Of a DNA stretch of 64,000 bases, positions 27,872 through 34,781 are shown piece after piece (position 1 is the stretch's first letter; the number at the start of each line of letters is the position of its first letter). The position numbers were made by a program, and so were the translations under genes. The notes beneath the pieces were generated by a model. It did no database searches. It worked only from the letters and a program-made list of their open reading frames with translations, and was not told the origin of the DNA. Origin of the DNA: an uncultured Candidatus Saccharibacteria bacterium (GTDB lineage Bacteria > Patescibacteriota > WWE3 > 2-01-FULL-39-13); the NCBI GenBank assembly GCA_965230915.1, contig OZ246395.1, forward strand, positions 858,431 through 922,430, read 5' to 3'.

Positions 27872-28022
27872 AAAAACCCGTCTCTTTCTTCTATTGAACA
27901 CTGTGCAGCAATTCTGCGGCAATATTATACCACCCCATAGTATCTACTGCCCTTTTAATAACCTATCTAGTGCTTTTTTATATTTTCACCGGACAATAAA
28001 ACTGTTACCATTAAATTACAAA

Positions 28023-28721
28023 ATGAAAAAAAGAAATTTAATACTAACCATAGTACTTTTCATTCTCTTTCTTATCGGAACCTATTCCAGTCAATTCTTA
28101 TATAAAAATTTTTCTAACCAAGCTGCATTAGATATAGATGGATTAACCGGAGAATATGACCCTCTTCATACAACAGCCATTTTTAATAATGAAATGGTTT
28201 TCGTACCATCGCAACAATTTGCAGACGCGCATGTATTGGGCGATGACGACTCAGAAGATATAGAAGATCCAGATTATAAACGCATTGAAGTCGATTTAAC
28301 TAATCAAAAATTATATGCATTCGAAGGCGATAAAAAAGTTATGGAATTTTTAGTATCAACAGGAAAATGGGGAAAAACTCCAACGGGTGAATTTAGAATT
28401 TGGACAAAACTTCGCTACACAAGAATGTCAGGAGGAAGCAAAGAGCTACGAACCTATTACAATTTACCGAATGTTCCATTTACAATGTTTTTTTCTAATG
28501 CTGAAATTCCTGCATCTCGCGGATTTGGAATTCACGGAACTTATTGGCACGATAACTTCGGACACCCTATGAGTCACGGATGTGTAAATATGAAAACCGA
28601 AGAAGTTGAACAATTATACTATTGGGCAAACCCTGAACTTGGGGAAGAAAAATCTATTCGGGCAACGAAAGATAATCCTGGAACAAAAATTATTATCTAC
28701 GGAAAAGCTCCCAATTATTAA
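28023..28721 (+). CDS. L,D-transpeptidase (YkuD domain) with N-terminal signal/TM
   Basis: GIHGTYWHDNFGHPMSHGCVNM catalytic His/Cys motif. Start placed at MKKRNLILTIVLFILFLIG because the upstream track start overlaps the convergent gene. Confidence 0.8.
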   Translation: MKKRNLILTIVLFILFLIGTYSSQFLYKNFSNQAALDIDGLTGEYDPLHTTAIFNNEMVFVPSQQFADAHVLGDDDSEDIEDPDYKRIEVDLTNQKLYAFEGDKKVMEFLVSTGKWGKTPTGEFRIWTKLRYTRMSGGSKELRTYYNLPNVPFTMFFSNAEIPASRGFGIHGTYWHDNFGHPMSHGCVNMKTEEVEQLYYWANPELGEEKSIRATKDNPGTKIIIYGKAPNY

Positions 28722-28791
28722 AAATTTGAAGGTATAGCAGAAGACAAACTTAACATTGTATGCACAATGAAAGCTCGCCTTCTGCGTCAAC

Positions 28792-29613
28792 CTAGTTACT
28801 AAACAAGTATGGAATCAACAACTGTCGTTGTGGCGCGGGTTCATCCAAAAATCGGATTACTTTGGAGTTTCCAATTTTCAGAGAATAGATGTCGACTGCT
28901 TTATCGATCGTCATAGGAATACTTACAGCAGTCGCACCGCCGTCGGCGTTAAGCGCGAAGCCACTGATCAGATTTCCATTCTGCTCGATGCTCCAGCCGG
29001 AAACTTCTTGCGCAGTGAAATCTATTTCACCTGAGACCTTGAGTTCAAATGAAGTAAAAACTTTCGAATCTACGATCTCGATGAAATCACGATCGCCAAA
29101 ATACTGAGCGGTTGGCAGAATTCTGAATTCGCCGTCCTGCAGTTGAAAGTTAGGCTCTTTGCCTTTCCCAAACGAGAAATGGTTGAGGTCAATAAGGCCA
29201 ATCTGACCGGCTTCGCCTGTTACAGTGTATTGAACCGCAAACAAAATACGCGTTCCTTGGGCCGTAATGGTATAAGGATTATCGAACCTCAAATCAATCT
29301 GTGATGTACGCAGATTTTGATCGATAGACCCACCCGCAAATCCGAGTATAGATGCTGCAGTCATTGTTATATTACTGAACTGCAAAATCTTAGGATCTGC
29401 TCTCAAACCGACCTCAATATTAGTGACTTCGTAATCACTTATATCGGATGCGTAAATGGGAATGGTAACAAGCGTGCCTGGAGCACCCTTGAACGGACTA
29501 ACCGTGACGACAACGTCTGAAAGTTGGGCATTAACAATTGACCAACCTACAAGCATCGCAACTACTGCCAAAAGTAGCGGAATTACAAGCATAATCCAGC
29601 GGCGGATATACAT
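28792..29613 (-). CDS. Secreted hypothetical protein (signal peptide, beta-rich), islet gene B
   Basis: MYIRRWIMLVIPLLLAVVAMLVGWSIVNAQ signal; strong SD GGAGGA 7 nt before the ATG; upstream CCCATAGTTAT motif. Confidence 0.65.
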   Translation of the reverse strand: MYIRRWIMLVIPLLLAVVAMLVGWSIVNAQLSDVVVTVSPFKGAPGTLVTIPIYASDISDYEVTNIEVGLRADPKILQFSNITMTAASILGFAGGSIDQNLRTSQIDLRFDNPYTITAQGTRILFAVQYTVTGEAGQIGLIDLNHFSFGKGKEPNFQLQDGEFRILPTAQYFGDRDFIEIVDSKVFTSFELKVSGEIDFTAQEVSGWSIEQNGNLISGFALNADGGATAVSIPMTIDKAVDIYSLKIGNSKVIRFLDEPAPQRQLLIPYLFSN

Positions 29614-29854
29614 CGGGTTCCTCCATATATAAACAAAACCATCTCGGGGTAACTAGGTTATCAATGTTCTAACGAACAAGATAATTCTACATTTTTATAA
29701 GCGCTTTGGCTATAACTATGGGTTTCGTATTTAATTTTGATAATTGGGAAAAATTGAATTTTCCAGGACGTCACTAATTGTTTCTTTAAAGGCTTTTGGC
29801 CCTTCATTGCAATTGCAATGAGAAACATTTAGTGACGCCTGGTCTTGCACGAAC

Positions 29855-30478
29855 TTAGAGAGCTAACGTGACAAAGTCGTAGTTGGTTTTGCCAGCCTCA
29901 GAATATCCACTTTGGATATCTTTGGTGCCGGCTTTGACCACAAGGCGCTTCACAACATCGAACTCGACGACAGAGTCGCGAGTTTCGGTCTCGAGCGGAA
30001 GCTCGATCGTCACGATCTCACCGACCATGATGCGGCCGGAATAGGCGACTTGCTTCATGAACTTGCGCTGGCTTTCCTTCAGCAAGTAATACTTGCTGCC
30101 GCCATCGTCACGGTACTCTGACCATTCGGAATCCGGAATTAACGCTATTACACCTAGCTGAGTCTTCAAACGAGCGTCTTCCCAGCGGGCAGAACCGCCT
30201 TTCGGGAAATCAGCAAACACATGCCCAACGGGGCGCTGCGGCTTTACGTTATCCGGGTCGGCAACGATAATACCGACGCGCGTAAACGCTAGGTCGTAAG
30301 TCAAATCCCCCGTCGGAATATAGCACGGCAACATTTCGATGCGCCGGCGGCGATCTGCCTCCTCGTACATCTTAATTGTGACCGGCATAAGTTTCGGCTC
30401 GCCAGCTTTCACAGGCACAGTCAATTCGACGCCGACCAACAACTCTTCCTCAGTGTACATACGCATAAGACCTGTCAT
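29855..30478 (-). CDS. Hypothetical protein, GC-rich islet gene C (start at internal ATG MTGLMRMY)
   Basis: Promoter TTGGAA-16-TATAAT (-10 is rc of 30534-30539) lies inside the longer track ORF, so M20 is used with purine-rich RBS AGAAAGAGAGAC. Visibly GC-rich. Confidence 0.6.
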   Translation of the reverse strand: MTGLMRMYTEEELLVGVELTVPVKAGEPKLMPVTIKMYEEADRRRRIEMLPCYIPTGDLTYDLAFTRVGIIVADPDNVKPQRPVGHVFADFPKGGSARWEDARLKTQLGVIALIPDSEWSEYRDDGGSKYYLLKESQRKFMKQVAYSGRIMVGEIVTIELPLETETRDSVVEFDVVKRLVVKAGTKDIQSGYSEAGKTNYDFVTLAL

Positions 30479-30533
30479 TTTTGTCTCTCTTTCTATAGTG
30501 TGCAATATATCCTGCCTTTGCAAGAATGGCTGC

Positions 30534-30576
30534 ATTATACCTCATTTTAGGGGATTTTCCAAATACTATGGGATGG
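30534..30576 (-). promoter_or_regulatory. Promoter of islet gene C: CCATCCCATAGTATT-TTGGAAAATCC-...-TATAAT-GCAGCC, sharing TTGGAAAATCC and GCAGC with the tRNA-Asn promoter
   Basis: Direct comparison with 19320-19348 (minus sense). Confidence 0.55.
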
Positions 30577-30652
30577 AACCAGGGGAATATTAGCCTGTAA
30601 CAGCGCAATTGCTGCACCATCGGCTCCAGGCATATGTTGTAATAAAAATTAT

Positions 30653-31855
30653 CTACAAATCCTCAATAGCTGAAACCTCGATATTTAAACCCCTAGAGGC
30701 GACCATACTTTTTGCTTCATCAATTCTATCTTTTGGTACAAAAATAATTCGAATCCCTTCGATCGGAACACCATCTTTTAAACAAATCTCAGATTTATAG
30801 TCACTCTGTGGAATAATAACTTCAGAGGTAATTCCAGAATATTCTCCGGTAGTTTTATCTTGCTGTCTCCAGCTAACATCGCTGCCTGTCTGGATATCAG
30901 CCCCCACAAAATATAAAACAGGAAAGCTTTCTCTGATAAGCTGTTCGTGTTCTTTTTCTTTGTCATTTTTATCCGGTTTTTGTAAAAAAGCTAAGGTGTC
31001 TTGTAAATCTCTGATTTTTATTTGTATCGACTCGTAAAAAACATTTTCTTCACCCATTTTTTGTGCGCGTTCAGTAAACTCTCTTAAATCCCTTCTAATT
31101 GATTCTTCTGAAACACCCCCGTCACCTCTTTTAGCATATCCTACTGCATCTTTATAGTCATTCAACTTAGCTAAACTTATGTATTTATTATTTAAATTTG
31201 CACTCCCAAAAACGCCTTCCCCGGAAGCGATCGGCATTTTGTCACGAAGAAATTCTTGAGGCCTTAAACCATGATCAAGAACACCTTGTAATGATGCGCT
31301 GGTTGAACCATGCGCGCCAAAAACCCCATTTTCAAAGATGGATAAAGCTAAGTCTGGGTTATCAGCATACAACTCTGCATATAGCTGGCGATCTTCAAGA
31401 AAATCTGTATAGTTCCATTTACCTAATCTTTCTTCAGGGCTTACAGAACGGCCCAATAATTCGCCATCAAAGACAATTTTATTTATAGCTTCCAGTCTTC
31501 TTCTTTTCTCTTCTTCATTAATCGGTAAATATTCAAGTTTAGCCAAACAACTTTGATAAGAATTAAATAAATTTTGATAACCCCAACCAGCAATGAACTG
31601 GTCAACTTCTGAAAGATTGCTCATAAACTCATCTTTTAGGCCTTCTTCGTCTGGCTGTTCTGTTGATTGTGGAACTTCTTGAGGTTGTGGCTTTTGCTCT
31701 TGGGTTATCGAATAGATACCACTATGGGTATTAATTAGGTTTGGATTAATACTAAAATAGCCCTTTTCATCGCCGGCTTGATCGGACAATTTAAATTCTT
31801 CAGGTGTAGGATCATTTATGCCTTCTATAGCATAAATCGAGTCTGAGCTTGGCAT
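30653..31855 (-). CDS. Hypothetical 400-aa protein abutting the left att repeat of the tRNA-Arg island
   Basis: Long ORF, AT-rich like the host; no recognisable motifs; ATG 27 nt downstream (minus sense) of the att fragment, with no SD. Confidence 0.65.
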   Translation of the reverse strand: MPSSDSIYAIEGINDPTPEEFKLSDQAGDEKGYFSINPNLINTHSGIYSITQEQKPQPQEVPQSTEQPDEEGLKDEFMSNLSEVDQFIAGWGYQNLFNSYQSCLAKLEYLPINEEEKRRRLEAINKIVFDGELLGRSVSPEERLGKWNYTDFLEDRQLYAELYADNPDLALSIFENGVFGAHGSTSASLQGVLDHGLRPQEFLRDKMPIASGEGVFGSANLNNKYISLAKLNDYKDAVGYAKRGDGGVSEESIRRDLREFTERAQKMGEENVFYESIQIKIRDLQDTLAFLQKPDKNDKEKEHEQLIRESFPVLYFVGADIQTGSDVSWRQQDKTTGEYSGITSEVIIPQSDYKSEICLKDGVPIEGIRIIFVPKDRIDEAKSMVASRGLNIEVSAIEDL

Positions 31856-31881
31856 TACTTAAATAATATCATTAGAAGTTA

Positions 31882-31894
31882 TGGTGCACCCAAG
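31882..31894. repeat. att-like direct repeat: 13-nt copy of the tRNA-Arg 3' end (TGGTGCACCCAAG); left boundary of the tRNA-Arg island
   Basis: Identical to 34142-34154 (the 3' end of the tRNA at 34142-34218). Confidence 0.7.
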
Positions 31895-31944
31895 TGATGT
31901 TAATTGGAATCGGGTTTTTGAATTTATATTGAAATTTTAGGAAA

Positions 31945-31998
31945 GTAGTTTCGACTTGATCTTCCCAAGTCTCATCAGGGACTATGTCCGACTAGAAC
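31945..31998 (-). ncRNA. Type III hammerhead ribozyme (HHR-2), 3' of gene 32105..32845
   Basis: Minus-sense 5'-GUUCUAGUC^GGAC-AUA-GUCC-CUGAUGA-GACUUG-GGAAGAU-CAAGUC-GAAA-CUACU. Canonical GUC cleavage triplet. Stem I and II covary with HHR-1 and HHR-3. Confidence 0.85.
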
Positions 31999-32104
31999 AC
32001 CGGAAAGAGAGGTTGAAGAAAAAATTGCAACGATTACTCGCGCAGCTTCAACATCTTCCGATGTTCGGTTGATCTACAAAATTCAAAATGAAATTCGCCG
32101 AAAA

Positions 32105-32845
32105 CTAGGCAGACTTCTCAATCCTCTTGAGTGCCAAAGCCTTCTGGCCAAATGGATTGACTTCCAACTGCTCATTATACTTGGGCAAGGCGTTTATTAG
32201 AGGCAAATGCTGATCCTCCATATATCCAAGCCCTATAAAACGATCCGCCAAAGCCTCATCGCGAAGATACATTCCCCGAGAATGAATCGCCTGCCTAAAC
32301 AGGGCAATATCATCATGACTGAGAGCTTCAACATCTGAATTCTCGAGGAGAAATCCCCACTTTTTAGCGAAACCTTGAAGGCCTTTTGCATCCATAGACG
32401 AAATCGCCTGATGTGAGTATTTAACTCTTAGGCCGGCCACGAAATCAGCGAATGGCATGTACCAAAACTCTTCAGTTCGTAAACGAACTTCTTCTGGTTC
32501 CCATTCATAACCTGTGGCAAAAATACCTAGAGCCACAACTCGATCATTCAGTTCTTCAGTCCACCCGCGGTGGCGGATAGTTTCGCGAAGATAAGGCGTG
32601 TCCTCGATCCCCGAAATATCTTCCTCCGTCACATCAAAGAGCCAACCCTGCAGGTACTGCAATAGGCTGACCTCCGTTGTTCCGAACATCATTAATCCGG
32701 TCAGCCCACCATTGGCAGAGTGCGCCTTGTTCGTTGGCCGAGCAGGTATACTGGGAACTGCTTCCTGTGCGACTTGCTCTTCGACCTTTGAAAAAGGAAA
32801 CAAATTAACAACAAACGATACGAAGGTGTTGATAATGTTTTGCAT
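32105..32845 (-). CDS. Hypothetical 246-aa protein, GC-rich cassette gene P3
   Basis: SD AGGAGA 10 nt before the ATG; followed by HHR-2. Confidence 0.7.
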   Translation of the reverse strand: MQNIINTFVSFVVNLFPFSKVEEQVAQEAVPSIPARPTNKAHSANGGLTGLMMFGTTEVSLLQYLQGWLFDVTEEDISGIEDTPYLRETIRHRGWTEELNDRVVALGIFATGYEWEPEEVRLRTEEFWYMPFADFVAGLRVKYSHQAISSMDAKGLQGFAKKWGFLLENSDVEALSHDDIALFRQAIHSRGMYLRDEALADRFIGLGYMEDQHLPLINALPKYNEQLEVNPFGQKALALKRIEKSA

Positions 32846-32881
32846 GGTAGAAGTTTCTCCTGCTTACTGAAAGTTTTTATA

Positions 32882-32925
32882 TTGCTCGAAGTAACTTTCG
32901 ATTACTCAAAAACTAATTCGAGCAA
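32882..32925. repeat. Inverted repeat TTGCTCGAA-(26 nt)-TTCGAGCAA between cassettes P4 and P3
   Basis: Perfect 9-bp arms read directly; lies between HHR-3 and the P3 start. Confidence 0.45.
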
Positions 32926-32953
32926 TATATTTGTAGATCAATTTTTAATGTAC

Positions 32954-33010
32954 AAAACTGTTTTCGATCTGAGCTTCCCAGATCTCATCAGGCGCTATGC
33001 GCGAACAGCG
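32954..33010 (-). ncRNA. Type III hammerhead ribozyme (HHR-3), ~270 nt 3' of gene 33281..33838
   Basis: Minus-sense 5'-CGCUGUUC^GCGC-AUA-GCGC-CUGAUGA-GAUCUG-GGAAGCU-CAGAUC-GAAA-ACAGUUUU. Stem I GCGC/GCGC and stem II GAUCUG/CAGAUC; both covary against the paralogs. Confidence 0.85.
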
Positions 33011-33280
33011 GGCAAAAGTGAAGCGGAAAGCAAAAGATTAGATAATGATCGAAATGATCATCAAATTCTCATGCTTTAAAAACATGCTTCACTGCCCGTC
33101 TGGCAAACTTTGAAACGAATCCAATGTAGAATTCCCTGAGCTAGTATTTGACACTTTAAGCTATTCCTAGGTAAGTATCTTTCGATCTTACACACTATCA
33201 ATAGCGCCGTACCTTGCGGTCTTGGCAGTCTTGAGCTTTTCATCGGGCTCGTGTTGGATTTACAAACTTCTTACTACCAC

Positions 33281-33838
33281 CTACTTGGGTTCGTATATCC
33301 ACTCGATGTGGTCGAATACGAATGGGCGCGGCGCTTCAACAGAGACGATGGCTTTTAGGCCAGCCTCTTCGATTTTCGCCTTTGGATTGGCGAAGGAGAT
33401 GATCTCCTGCAAAGCGCTTTCCCTCGTCCCATCACGGCCTTCCTGGTGATACCAGACAGGAATTTCCTTCGTCTGAGGACCACTCGGCATAGCCGAAGGA
33501 ACAGAAACCACGACACCCATCCGCGGAAGCGGAACTAGATCTCTCGCGAAATCAGCGGAGGTAAAACCTTCCCATGGAAGTCGTACTAAATCCTTCACAC
33601 CTTCCTGCCAAACCACTACTTTCAGTAGTGCCGATGCCAACGGCGCCGGTACATTCTGAAACAACAAAACTGCATCCTTCTCGACAGCCTTTTTTGCCAA
33701 ATCCAAAAGGACTGGCTTTGTCTCCTCGCCCGTTGCGGGGAAGGTGACATTGATGGTTTCGACAACCTCAACTTGGAGTGTGCCGAAGTCTGGGGCGTGC
33801 CGACCAATAACAATAGCGCGAATCGTTGCATTTTGCAT
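33281..33838 (-). CDS. Hypothetical 185-aa protein, GC-rich cassette gene P4
   Basis: RBS GAAAGGG; ~250-nt leader from a consensus promoter next to tRNA-Arg; followed by HHR-3. Confidence 0.7.
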   Translation of the reverse strand: MQNATIRAIVIGRHAPDFGTLQVEVVETINVTFPATGEETKPVLLDLAKKAVEKDAVLLFQNVPAPLASALLKVVVWQEGVKDLVRLPWEGFTSADFARDLVPLPRMGVVVSVPSAMPSGPQTKEIPVWYHQEGRDGTRESALQEIISFANPKAKIEEAGLKAIVSVEAPRPFVFDHIEWIYEPK

Positions 33839-34095
33839 GGTGCTTTCAACCCTTTCAAGATTGAAACTTACATCAGTTTCTAAGCTCCCATTGGAGTTAG
33901 CTTCAGATCACCTGAAGAAACAACCTACGTTTTTCCATCGTAAGCTGATTCCTCAGGCAATCTTCAATTAGTTTGCCAAATTTTTAATGTACTTTTTGAG
34001 ACTTTTTGTGGGGTATAGCCTTTAGGGCCTTGCCGTTAAAAAAGCTCAGAAATCAATGGACTTTTTGATATCCGAACCTTTCAACTTAATGGCTA

Positions 34096-34124
34096 CATTA
34101 TATTACGAAAAGGCTAGCCTGTCA
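34096..34124 (-). promoter_or_regulatory. Perfect consensus sigma70 promoter (TTGACA-17-TATAAT) immediately 3' of tRNA-Arg, reading into the island
   Basis: rc of 34119-34124 is TTGACA, rc of 34096-34101 is TATAAT; preceded by CCTATAGTA. Confidence 0.7.
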
Positions 34125-34141
34125 ATACTATAGGCTAGTGT

Positions 34142-34218
34142 GGTGCACCCAAGAGGATTCGAACCTCTGGCCTCAACTTCCGCAAAGTTGCGCTCTATCC
34201 AGCTGAGCTATGGGTGCT
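34142..34218 (-). tRNA. tRNA-Arg (anticodon GCG), CCA encoded
   Basis: rc gives GCACCCA-TA-GCTC-AGCTGGATA-GAGC-G-CAACT-TTGCGGA-AGTTG-AGGCC-AGAGG-TTCGAAT-CCTCT-TGGGTGC-A-CCA. Arg-type D and T arms; anticodon loop UUGCGGA. Confidence 0.85.
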
Positions 34219-34288
34219 TAATGGTAGCGGGAATACAAAACATCAATATTATATACAAAAACCGCGCTATTTGCTTAAATTAATCTAT

Positions 34289-34780
34289 ATGAGAAAAGTA
34301 GTTCTAGCGGTAATCGGTATAATCCTCTTTGCAATTTTGCTATTTGTCGGCCAGGTAGTCTGGGGATTTTACACAGCTGTTCAAGATTACAATTCACCTG
34401 TAAACCCCCAAACTACTACTGAAACTGATCCTGACAAATTATTAGAAGAAGCAAGCCCTCAACAAAGATCAAAATATGCGACTATTAAATCTCAAATTTC
34501 TTCGATTTCTCGCATGATGGCGATTTATTATGTCGAGCATCAAACTTATCCGCCATGCGACGCTACTGCAATCGACATAGCGGGATTAAGTGCAAAAACA
34601 AATGCTAGTGGGCAATGTATTTTGACAGATCAATTGGGCACCGAATATATCTATTCAAATAAAGGTGAGTGCGCAAAATTATCCACAAAATCTAACCTAA
34701 GCGACAATATGTATATAAATGAAAATGTGGCTAAACCAATAGGCAATAAAGATTTTGCGAATATGGATCTTTGTGAATAG
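34289..34780 (+). CDS. Secreted/membrane-anchored hypothetical protein with several Cys (start at MRKVVLAV... since the track start overlaps the tRNA)
   Basis: N-terminal hydrophobic helix VLAVIGIILFAILLFVGQVVWGF; Cys in C-terminal half. Confidence 0.55.
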   Translation: MRKVVLAVIGIILFAILLFVGQVVWGFYTAVQDYNSPVNPQTTTETDPDKLLEEASPQQRSKYATIKSQISSISRMMAIYYVEHQTYPPCDATAIDIAGLSAKTNASGQCILTDQLGTEYIYSNKGECAKLSTKSNLSDNMYINENVAKPIGNKDFANMDLCE

Positions 34781-34781
34781 T

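Noticed and set aside
27786-28022. Track start of the L,D-transpeptidase ORF at 27786, and the TTG start of gene A at 27922
   Set aside because: Both extensions overlap the convergent or neighbouring gene and the mapped promoter elements. Internal ATGs with a signal-peptide start (28023) and an RBS (27871) are more plausible.
33222-33971. Plus-strand ORFs 33222..33449 and 33744..33971, and minus ORF 33622..33858
   Set aside because: Short, overlapping the well-supported minus-strand gene P4 or its leader and 3' UTR in other frames; no RBS. Likely artefacts of GC-rich sequence.
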